The notes below the pieces were generated by a model. That model ran no database searches and was not told where the DNA came from. It saw only the letters and a list, made by a program, of their open reading frames with translations. 64,000 nucleotides of DNA from Macrostomum hystrix (Eukaryota; Animalia; Platyhelminthes), in NCBI GenBank assembly GCA_950097015.1, contig CATNEN010000035.1, positions 1-64,000 of the forward strand, read 5' to 3'. This document shows positions 39,139 to 50,300 of this stretch, in pieces; the stretch's first letter is position 1, and each line of letters starts with the position of its first letter. Position numbers and translations under genes: made by a program.

Positions 39139-39765
39139 ATGGAAGATCAACAAATTACAATTGAGCACGAACTAATAGCTAGCAGCGACTGCCAGCAGAA
39201 GAGACACCAACATCACTATCGGCCGCCACCGATACAACAGCTGGCGAGGCAATCTCGCTTCAGCGAGCGCGAGCTGCGCCTTCTCTACCGTGGCTTCAAG
39301 CAGCACTGCCCCTCCGGCCTGGCCACCGAGGAGCACTTGTGCTCCGTGTTCGGCCTGCTGTTCCCATTCGGCAATCCAGCTCCGTTCGCCCGCATCGTCT
39401 TCAACTGGCTGGACGTTGACCGGCGAGGCGAGCTGCCGTTTCACCGCTATGTCGTCTGGCTGTCCCAGCTGGCCCGTGGAGGCCTTCAGGAACGGCTGTC
39501 GTGGATCTTTCGCCTCTACAATCTCGGACAGGAAGGTGGGGAATTGAGCGGTGAAGATCTTCGCCAATTCCTGCAGTCAGTGTACGAGCTTCAGGGCGTC
39601 GGCAATTCACGGCGCGCCAAAACGCCGCAGGAGCACGCGAACGAAGTCTTCCGTCAAATGGACTCGAGCGGCAGGGGTCGCGTCGATTTCGAAGATTTTA
39701 GACGCTTTTGTACAGAGTCTGATGACATTGTACAAGGTCTGGAGGTGTTCGATACCTGTCTGTAG
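39139..39765 (+). CDS. KCNIP: KChIP/calsenilin-type neuronal calcium sensor (NCS family), 208 aa; may have an additional 5' exon
   Basis: FSERELRLLYRGFKQHCPSG, FPFGNPAPFARIVFNWLD, RGGLQERLSWIFRLY and TPQEHANEVFRQMD align with KChIP core motifs. An acceptor (TTTTTGCACATTCAG, 39109) opens in frame just upstream; a phase-compatible donor lies at 38258. Confidence 0.9.
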   Translation: MEDQQITIEHELIASSDCQQKRHQHHYRPPPIQQLARQSRFSERELRLLYRGFKQHCPSGLATEEHLCSVFGLLFPFGNPAPFARIVFNWLDVDRRGELPFHRYVVWLSQLARGGLQERLSWIFRLYNLGQEGGELSGEDLRQFLQSVYELQGVGNSRRAKTPQEHANEVFRQMDSSGRGRVDFEDFRRFCTESDDIVQGLEVFDTCL

Positions 39766-42700
39766 ATGCTAATATAAGAAAAACATTAAAAATCGAGCAT
39801 TAAAGGAAACTTTATAAAGTTAACTCGCACAAGTAGAAATATTTCTTGTCTCCTCTACTGTTTTTTATGGTTTTACGACTAATGGGCAATAAATAAATAC
39901 ATTTCAAATGGGTTGATTTTCGTCCCCTGGGCCTTATTTGTACATGCTTTTAAAAAAGGAAAATACATTTTATCAATTCGTTTTTGTTTCAATAAAAGAA
40001 ACAATATTTCGGAATTGTCATGTTAAATATAAATAGATAATTATATCGATCACAAAACTGCTGCTATTTACAATAAGGGCTTATTATAGTTACGGAAATC
40101 ATGCAGTTTTTATGCACTTTCACAAACTTGAACATATACATGATAGCTATATTTAAAAGATTATAGAAATAAACATTCATACCTTGCATGCCGCTATTAG
40201 TTCGACAATAATTAGAAAATTAGTAGGTCAAAATTTAAATAATAACAATTAATATCTCAATTTATGAGACATCATTTACATTACAGATATGAAGTATATA
40301 CCATGTTATTTAATAAATATATCGACAATGACGAATCGACTGCATTTGCACTAAAACTCAGTGTTGGCCTATTTATTATTTTATTGTTTAAAAAATAAAA
40401 ATGAAAAGTGAAGGTATATAATATTAATTGAAGTTGTAAACTAAATTGCATGAATTTTGTTTAAACACCTCAATTTTAAACAACTTTAAATGTTCGCTGT
40501 GTCGTCGTGGTCTTTACTACTACCAACCTTGATGACTTGCAATGGCGACAGCACCTTTAGTATAATCATAAGCGCAACTTGCCTGTTTAAAACTATTTTA
40601 ATTGATCGAAAAATATCTTAAGCCCTTTTGTCAACCGTAAATTATTTAAAATAGTTTCAATTTTACTGTTTTTGTTTCGCTTTCGTGTGACAGTTTGCTC
40701 AATTAGTATTGAGTCTGCTGGCAGCTGGATCTTAAGTTTTTTGCCCTGTATAATTATGGTAATATTAAATTTAGTTTTTTATAATCAAGGTATTATCTAA
40801 TGTCATCACATCATTCATCACCGAGTCATATAATAAAGCAAGCTTCATTCTATTGCCACCAAATGTAAAATTCTTGATCCTACTCTTACTTCTTTGCTTT
40901 GACTCAAATTTTAACATGACATACCACAATCCCAAATCACCTTGGCAAATGTCATTACAATTTAGTTATTTTATTGTCTTTCAAATAAAGAAAGAATTTC
41001 AATTAATTTTTAATTCTTTATTCTCTAAAGATAGAGCTTTGACACAGTTTTTATGTACCTTTGTTTGTTGAATTATCATTTGCTTAAAAAGTTTTAAGCT
41101 AATGAACAAGATTTTCTTTCTTCTTACACTTGTTGGAGTCTTCTCAGTGTGCACTGTCCTTTCCATTATTTAACATCATGGTCCTGTGCAACTAGTGCTG
41201 AGTTGTGCTGACTTATCCACATGGATCCATGCCAATAATGCCCACCTTATCCACACAGCAGCCTGCTAGAATAGGCCACCATGTATATCTTAGCCATGCA
41301 AATGCCCTTTTTTAAAAAAATATTTGTTAGTAACTTTTTTACTTGATTCAATTAAGTTTTTTAAGTGTTTATGATTGAGCTTTTTTTAACTTATGTTTTT
41401 CTTAAACCAAATAGCTATTGGACCAATTAAACCAATGACCCTTAGAGCATTTAGCAATATTCAAGTGACTAAAATATGTAAAACTGGCATTAAGTTTAAG
41501 TCTGTGCTGATAATATAGTTTTGAACATTTAAGTATAACAAATTAATTTATTAAATGCATCACAAGTTTTCCAATTAAAAACAAAAAGCACAATTCAAAA
41601 ATCTAAAATAATTGCTACAAGTATAAAAAGTTTTTTAATGTCTTTACAACACTTTAAGTCAAGCTTTATATTGATTCCACATTGAAGTTACAATGACTTA
41701 TTTTCCTTGATTCATACACTTAAATAAAATATGGCATTTGCATGTTAAGGATATACATTTACAATGTGTTAAACTATTCTATTAAGCTGCCATCCTGATA
41801 ATGTGGGCATTATTGGTACGAATCTGTTTAGATAAAGTTGACACTATTTATATAGGACTGTGCCATTAAGCACTGCCTCTTATTTACAAAACTAGTTAAA
41901 TTAACAAGAACTAGACAAAATGGGAACATTTGACACACTATTTGAGAGCTAAATTCAGGAGTTTATGTGGTTCTTTATTCATAAGAATAGCAATCAGGCT
42001 TTCAGAACCATTCTATACTAGATTTGACATCACTACAGTTGATATGGTAACTGGCTCTAACCTGATCACTAAGAACTAACTAATACACTAACTCTATAAC
42101 TATTAAACTTTGTAATAGTACATTTTAATTCCATTAGTTCCATAAATGAACAACTGCAAAAGCCAGTAACAAAAACAGATTTAGGTAAGTTTGATAGTCA
42201 AGAAAGTATAATTCCTTGCTTAAAAACTTTTTCTTTTAACTAAAATATTTGACAAACAAAAATATATTATAGTCAGATTTCTCTGTATTATATAAAGTCT
42301 AAAATACAACTAAGTGAAGGAAATACACTTTAACCATGTACTTACAAAGAAATGAAGAGAAATTAAATGTAATTTTAACTTTACCAAATTATTTTATATA
42401 ATTTCCAAATCAATAATATGATACATTATTACATGATACATACAGTATAAATTTCTAATTATAGCCATTTTAAGAAGAAAGCTCTAGGAAGAAATGACCT
42501 AGAAAGTATTTTATAGGAAAAAAGTTTTTTCATGGCATTGGTATGTGTTGCATAGTGTATTTAAGTCTATTTTTCTGTCCCAATGCCAAAAATCTGCCTT
42601 AGTTCTATAGAATTTTAAAACAAATTGGAATCAGAAACAGACATTTATAGTTAAAAAATACAGTTCTTCATTTGCAGTCTTGTTGAATGTTGATGTCCTA

Positions 42701-43539
42701 GTAATTGCATTGTGCCTTGCCCTGCCCATGTCCTGCACTTGCCCTACCCCATCCTGGTCAGTTTTGCCTTGAATTTTCCATGAAAAAGCCACCTTCCAAA
42801 TTATGGTTAGTGTGGATGCGCACTTCAGAATTAAGGATTGAGAGAGGTGCACTTAAGTGTAGCACCACCCCATGGTCAAGGTGCACCAAAGATTTTCGAT
42901 TGTGTTCTACTGTTTGTGCCTGTCTTTGTGGCCAGTCCATGCCTGCTTGCATTGTGGCTGCTCAAGTCTTTTCAAGTAGCAGTTAAGTAGGAAAAGCATG
43001 TGCTGCACTTTAGAAAAATCCTAAAATTACACCAGATGCCATCAGTGGATTGTCAACTTTGATATGTGACCTGAGTCAGAGTCAGGTCACATACAAGAAA
43101 TGTATAAAATAGAGTTAAGTGCTAATATTTTTGCAAAATAGGTTAGTTTGATTGTATATTAGTGTCATACAACTTACAAGTTGTCTCAACTAGTTTGCCT
43201 TCATATTTTGATTTGAAATTAGTTTTTTAATGCAATAAATGCTATAAAGCTTTAAAATATAAATTTTTACATAAAAGATAATTAAAAAAACCTGATTAAT
43301 TTAGCAATTTTGATAAATTGATTGGTAGTTCAAATTTGCCTGATTGTTTTGCCAATCAATCAGGCAAAGTTAAACTCTTAGTATTTGTTTGAGCATAAGT
43401 TTCTAATATCTGTAGCTCATTTTCAACCTCATACTGTCGCGTCTTTTTTCGGGGCAATCATGCCACGATTGCGAACTTAGCTGCTTTAGTTCCTAGTAAT
43501 AAATTTGTAATTGTTTTTACACATTTGTAAAACTTTCAG

Positions 43540-44787
43540 GCGCAAGCAGCAGCAGCAGCTAAGGACCCGCACCAGTTTGTGGGTTTGAAGGATGTCAGCC
43601 AGCAGAAGCTGGTGCGCGCTGTTGCCGCCTTCCTAAAGAAGACTGGCAAATTGCCCGTGCCGGAATGGGCTGATGTGGTGAAACTGTCCTCAGCCAATGA
43701 GCTAGCCCCCAACGACTCTGATTGGTTCTACGTGCGCGCTGGCTCCATTCTGCGCCACTTGTACATCCGCGCTCCGGTTAGTGGCTTAGTAGCATTTGTG
43801 TCCGCATTCCGCTTTTACTTGACACTGTAGAATAATATTTGCACGGCTTTGGGCACAGGCACGTCATTTGGTGACAGTAGACCTATTGCCAGCGAAAGGC
43901 AATCCTTGTTACTTAAATATTTATTTTGACCTCCAGGGCGTTAATCAAGGACGACAAGCCTCCATTCTATTTTTTTCTGGTTCTTCACTTTCACGACTCT
44001 CGTGTGGGCTCTTTTCTGGTTCTTCACCTTCACGACTCTTGTGAGGGATATTTTCTGGTGCTTCACCTTCACGACTCTTGTGTGGGATATTTTCTGGTGC
44101 TTCACCTTCACGACTCTTGTGTGGGATATTTTCTGGTGCTTCACCTTCACGACTCTTGTGAGGGATATTTTCTGGTGCTTCACCTTCACGACTCTTGTGA
44201 GGGATATTTTCTGGTGCTTCACCTTCACGACTCTTGTGAGGGATATTTTCTGGTGCTTCACCTTCACGACTCTTGTGAGGGATATTTTCTGGTGCTTCAC
44301 CTTCACGACTCTTGTGTGGGATATTTTCTGGTGCTTCACCTTCACGACTCTTGTGTGGGATATTTTCTGGTCTGTTACTTTCAAATTTCCAGTCTTTTTA
44401 TTCCTTCAATTAATACTACTCAATCATCACATTCTTGCTATGCTTGGACCACAACAAGTGCATACTCTTACATGCCTACTGAGTGGGCAAAACTGAAGTA
44501 ATAAATTTAGGGCTTCATTACCTCTTTTTATCGATGTAGCACCCTTCACTTGGCAGGTCGGAGTTGGCGCCCTCACCAAGGTCTACGGCAAGGTGAAGCG
44601 GCGCGGCCATCGGCCCAATCATTCGTCTCGCTGCTACCGAGGCCCGCTGCGCAAGTGCCTTCAGGGCCTGGAGTCCATGGGCCTGGTTGTCAAGGATGAA
44701 TCCGGCGGCCGCTTGCTCACCAGTCAGGGCCGGCGCGATCTGGACCGCATCGCCTACCAGGTGCTCTCTGAGGGCCGAAAGAAGTGA
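43540..44787 (+). CDS. RPS19: 40S ribosomal protein S19 (eS19). Exons 43540-43776 and 44557-44787; start codon not located
   Basis: [68 protein letters not shown] and [17 protein letters not shown]; phase-0 GT-AG intron 43777-44556. Confidence 0.97.
43985..44372. repeat. Minisatellite, 39-bp unit (GGGATATTTTCTGGTGCTTCACCTTCACGACTCTTGTGW), inside the RPS19 intron
   Basis: About 10 tandem units. Confidence 0.95.
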
Positions 44788-45659
44788 AAAACATTAGCGT
44801 GAAGAACTCACCGCTGGACTAGCGGAACTGGTAGCGAGAGTGCCTGATTAGAAAAGCTGCAGCTTTGGCAAGCGACTGTCCAGTGTTTGGAAACATTATG
44901 AAATATAATTCTAGTGCTAATTGACAACTTGGCACACACCTAACAGGTGTTTCTCCCTGGCCGCTTGGGGAGTTTTGGAAATTTGTCCCGCTTTTGTTCT
45001 GGATTCTTAGTTCTTTCGTTTTTCGTTCAAAATCCAGTTTTGGATTTCTGCTTTCGTTGCCGGTAGGCACCAGACGGGACCGTATCAGGGAGTCATTGCC
45101 ACCTTGGCAGGATCCCAGGATTCGAACCCGGGATCCTGCTGGCCCTACCTAAATTTTCTAAATCGGAAAAGTTCACTGCTATATCTGTGCATTATCTATG
45201 TGCCGATTGCCATTGTCAACTTACTTGTACTCTTAACTCTATGCGGCGCTTAATGATCTATTGCGGCCAATCTGCGACTTGACATTCGTGTGCCTGTTGC
45301 CATGGCCAGCGACAGCTAGAACAACTATTGGCTGCCGGCCTAGCGGACTGGACAGCTGCTGATGCTGAGCCGGGGTCGTTTTTACGTGTGTCTCGCTAAT
45401 GCGATTCGCAATGCCACTAGACAGCCGCTGCTAGTGATTGATTGTGCTTTGGAACACGCTAGACGAATTTGACTAGGGCCTACAGCCTCATTTTCTCCCA
45501 TAACTATATTTGCCTGCTTGCCTTTATGCCTTAGCTCTATTTCTAGCAGTTTTAAACATTATGCCTGGCTTTTAAAACCTTTAAATGCAGAGGCCAGAAA
45601 ATTAGAAACTCCGTTCTTGGTCAGAGGGGCTGAAATCGCATTGGCAGATAGTTAATGCC

Positions 45660-46380
45660 CAACACCCTCTGTGTTCTCTGAAACACCCTCTGTGTTCTCT
45701 GAAACACCCTCTGTGTTCTCTAACACCCTCTGTGTTCTCTAACACCCTCTGTGTTCTCTAACACCCTCTGTGTTCTCTAACACCCTCTGTGTTCTCTAAC
45801 ACCTTCTGTGTTCTCTAACACCCTCTGTGTTCTCTAACACCTGTGTTCTCTAACACCCACTGTGTTCTCTAGCACCCACTGTGTTCTCTAACACCTGTGT
45901 TCTCTAACACCCACTGTGTTCTCTGAAACACCCTCTGTGTTCTCTAACACCCTCTGTGTTCTCTAACACCCTCTGTGTTCTCTAACACCCTCTGTGTTCT
46001 CTAACACCCTCTGTGTTCTCTAACACCCACTGTGTTCTCTAACACCCTCTGTGTTCTCTAACACCCTCTGTGTTCTCTAACACCCTCTGTGTTCTCTAAC
46101 ACCCACTGTGTTCTCTGAAACACCCTCTGTGTTCTCTAACACCTTCTGTGTTCTCTAACACCCTCTGTGTTCTCTAACACCCACTGTGTTCTCTAACACC
46201 CACTGTGTTCTCTGAAACACCCTCTGTGTTCTCTAACACCTGTGTTCTCTAACACCCTCTGTGTTCTCTAACACCCACTGTGTTCTCTAACACCTCTGTG
46301 TTCTCTAACACCCACTGTGTTCTCTAACACCTCTGTGTTCTCTAACACCCTCTGTGCCCTATCCAACACCCTCTGTGCTC
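45660..46380. repeat. Minisatellite, 19-bp unit (AACACCCTCTGTGTTCTCT)
   Basis: Direct tandem units. Confidence 0.95.
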
Positions 46381-47318
46381 CATCTGTAATCTGTTAACAC
46401 TTCACTAATTGGTCTTTAGTCCAGCATTGCCTGCCATGACCTACCGCATGCTACTGCCCACTTGTGTATCGTCTCACACTTGTCTGCAGTGAAGAAGAAT
46501 GTGCGTGATACTGCAGACTCTGAACAATCAATTAGTCATGCAATAGACTGTAGCAGGGTTTGGTGCAGTGCCTTTTTTGAGATGCATTTACAGCAATTTA
46601 ATTGGAATTAATCCACTGCTTCGAGATACTGATACGCAGAACTGCCTAACCTTTAGCTCCTAAATCTAATGGTTTTCGTTTGAGTGGCATTTTACGAAAT
46701 TGGGGACTTTGTGTCGGAATGGTGGGGTTGCTGGCCAGGTGGGTGGCACAGGTGAGACACTGCAAGCCAGTTCTGGGCTAGTCGCGCAATGCACAGCTGG
46801 CAGGTGTCAATCACACGCTTGCAATAGCGCACACCTTGCTAGTTCATGATGCATGAATTAAGGCTGAGAGAGAGACAGTGAATTGAATTGAGTGGCAATC
46901 TATACAGCACTTCAGTGGTCTCTGGGTGTTCGTGCTGGCATTTGGATTGCAATAACTATATACACAGCTGCTAGGCAAAGCTATTCCCTATTCCCTAGGT
47001 CCCTTCTCCATATCTATGTACAGTGTGTTCTGATTAATGTAGGACTTCGCACGTTCAGCCAGCGAAAAAACTAGCCTCCGAGTTTCAATTGGGGCTCAGT
47101 TGTACTTCAATTGGTCGCCTTTGAATGGCAGCGCGTGAGGTCCAGACTGGAGAAATAGCTCCGATTGGTTAAAGCTGGCCCACCCCACTCGCAGCTCTGG
47201 GGGTAGATAAGTTGTAGAGAACTTCATTTTTTTAATATTTTCACCAGCAATATCTCACCGTCCTGAACTCACAGCTATCTGAACCTGTATCCTTGGGATA
47301 TTGTGAAACCCCTGAGAA

Positions 47319-50300
47319 ATGCTCCTAGCTGGAGACCAGTTGATGCTGCTGCACTCAGCGTCCTCGTCTTCATCGTCCTCGCTGCAGCATCCGATGGGCC
47401 AGCAACAGCAGCAGCAGCAGCAGCGACAACTGCAAGCAGTTTTCGAGCCTGCGGCAGGTCAGGATTCAATGGTCTGAGGTTTTTCGTAGGCGTACTTTTC
47501 ATTCCGCTGATTCCTAAGCAGAAAAATATTCCTGTATCTGGCACGGTGGACGTTAGGCTGAATATAATGTACATCCGTACATACTGCTAGACACTAAACT
47601 GCATACCATGAGTAACGAACAGGCTTTGGCCCATAAAAGACAAGCAACCCAGAGTCTTGACCTGCGACAAGCGACGAGTGAAACGTTGGCAGGCAGCGGG
47701 GCAGCGAGGGCATGTGGCTTTTGAGGGCGTGGCAAACGTCAGCTGTTCGAATTCCTGCGAGAATATATTTCAGGCTGTGCCATGTGTTGCCAAGCATTAA
47801 CTGCAAACCTTTGCCTATTTGGCCAGTATAAGAACAAAATCCTGTATTATCTGTGATGTATTTGGGATATTGTGTTTATACGTGTAGGATTCTTTGTAAA
47901 CATTATGCCATGCAGTCCACTAAGTGATCCCAGTTGTTGCGCGGGTCGCGTTGCCTATTGATTTTTACGATTTAAGTTAATTTAAGTGAATGCCTGCAGT
48001 GATGACACAGGCGAGCGGTTATGCAATCCCAACAGCCCGTGAAGCGAGCTGCTAATTTTCTGGGGTTTCGTGGAAAAGGTTATAAAATGGGGATTTTGAA
48101 GATCGTTCGTATACATTCCAGCCATGTGCCGTGGACAATGCCTGTTAGGGACTTGTGCAGAGGGCCACTTTAAAGTTTTCCTGTTCCTTCTTTCAATCAT
48201 CCCCCCAATTCACTAATTTCCCATCTGCATCCGACTCCTCTTCGCAATATCCAAAGCTTTAATTAAAGCACATTTCTTGAGCCAAAGAAACGATTGAAAA
48301 GACCACACGCGCCGGTTAAAGAGATAAGACAGCAAGGATGGAGATGACACAGGAGGGCCGTGAGATGGAAAAGTAGGGAGAGATGAGGAAGTAGGGAGAG
48401 ATGAGACAGGTGAGAGATGAGACAGGCGAGAGTTGAGGGCTGAGGGAGATGAGACAGGGGAGAGTTGAGGCCTGAAAGAGATGAGACAGGGGAGAGTTGA
48501 GGCCTGTGGGAGATGACACAGGGGAGAGTTGAGGCCTGAGGAAGATGAGACAGGGGAGAGTTGAGGCCTGAGGAAAATGAGACAGGGGAGAGTTGAGGCC
48601 TGTGGGAGATGAGACAGGCGAGAGTTGAGGCCCGAGGAAAATGAGACAGTGGAGAGTTGAGTCCTGAGGGAGATGAGACAGGGGAGAGTTGAGGACTGAA
48701 AGAGATGAGACAGGGGAGAGTTGAGGCCTGTGGGAGATGAGACAGGGGAGAGTTGAGGCCTGTGGGAGATGAGACAGGGGAGAGTTGAGGCCTGAGGAAA
48801 ATGAGACAGGGGAGAGTTGGGGCCTGAGGAAAATGAGACAGGGGACAGTTGAGGCCTGAGGAAAATGAGACAGGGGAGAGTTGAGGCCTGAGGGAGATGA
48901 GACAGGGGAGAGTTGAGGCCTGAGGAAAATGAGACAGGGGAGAGTTGAGGCCTGAGGAAAATGAGACAGGGGAGAGTTAAGGCCTGAGGAAAATGAGACA
49001 GGGGAGAGTTGAGGCCTGAGGAAAATGAGACAGGGGAGAGTTGAGGCCTGAGGAAAATGAGACAGGGGAGAGTTAAGGCCTGAGGAAAATGAGACAGGGG
49101 AGAGTTGAGGCCTGAGGAAAATGAGACAGGGGAGAGTTAAGGCCTGAGGAAAATGAGACAGGGGAGAGTTGAGGCCTGAGGAAAATGAGACAGGGGAGAG
49201 TTGAGGCCTGAGGAAAATGAGACAGGGGAGAGTTAAGGCCTGAGGAAAATGAGACAGGGGAGAGTTGAGGCCTGAGGAAAATGAGACAGGGGAGAGTTGA
49301 GGCCTGAGGGAGTTGAGACAGGGAAGAGGTGAGTGAGGAGATCCCAGATTTATTAAAATTAGGCCCTCTGATCTGATCTCGGGGTCTAATCCAGTTAATC
49401 TCATCCGCTCACATGTGTAGCACTTTTATAGTCAATTTTACAATCCGAATTACCAAATCGATTCCAGAGGCTGAAATAAAACTGGCGTTTCACAGCACAG
49501 GCAAACAGTTAACAGTACACGGTGAGTGCCTTGTCTCCATGCGGACTAATATGTGCAGTAATTTTCGATTTTACATAGCACAAAATATTTCTCTCTTATT
49601 CTGAATTTCAGTAATCGAAGCGAGAAATCTTCGATCTCAGAGTGCGCAAAGGTGCAACTCGTTTGTTAGGGTGAGGCTTTGGGATGGATGGATTCAGCTG
49701 GGGATGGATTCAGCTGGGGATGGATTCAGCTGGGGATGGATTCAGCTGGGGATGGATTCAGCTGGGGATGGATTCAGCTGGGGATGGATTCAGCTGGGGA
49801 TGGATTCAGGTGGGGATGGATTCAGCTGGGGATGGATTCAGCTGGGGATGGATTCAGCTGGGGATGGATTCAGCTGGGGATGGATTCAGCTGGGGATGGA
49901 TTCAGCTGTGGATGGATTCAGCTGGGGATGGATTCAGCTGGGGATGGATTCAGCTGGGGATGGATTCAGCTGGGGATGGATTCAGCTGGGGATGGATTCA
50001 GCTGTGGATGGATTCAGCTGGGGATGGATTCAGCTGGGGATGGATTCAGCTGTGGATGGATTCAGCTGGGGATGGATTCAGCTGTGGATGGATTCAGCTG
50101 GGGGGTGAATTCAGCTGGGGATGGATTCAGCTGGGGATGGATTCAGCTGGGGATGGATTCAGCTGGGGATGGATTCAGCTGGGGATGGATTCAGCTGGGG
50201 ATGGATTCAGCTGGGGATGGATTCAGCTGGGGATGGATTCAGCTGGGGATGGATTCAGCTGGGGATGGATTCAGCTGGGGATGGATTCAGCTGGGGATGG

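Noticed and set aside
43460-43480. ATG after a TOP-like pyrimidine tract as the RPS19 start codon
   Set aside because: In-frame TAG after six codons and no GT donor before it.
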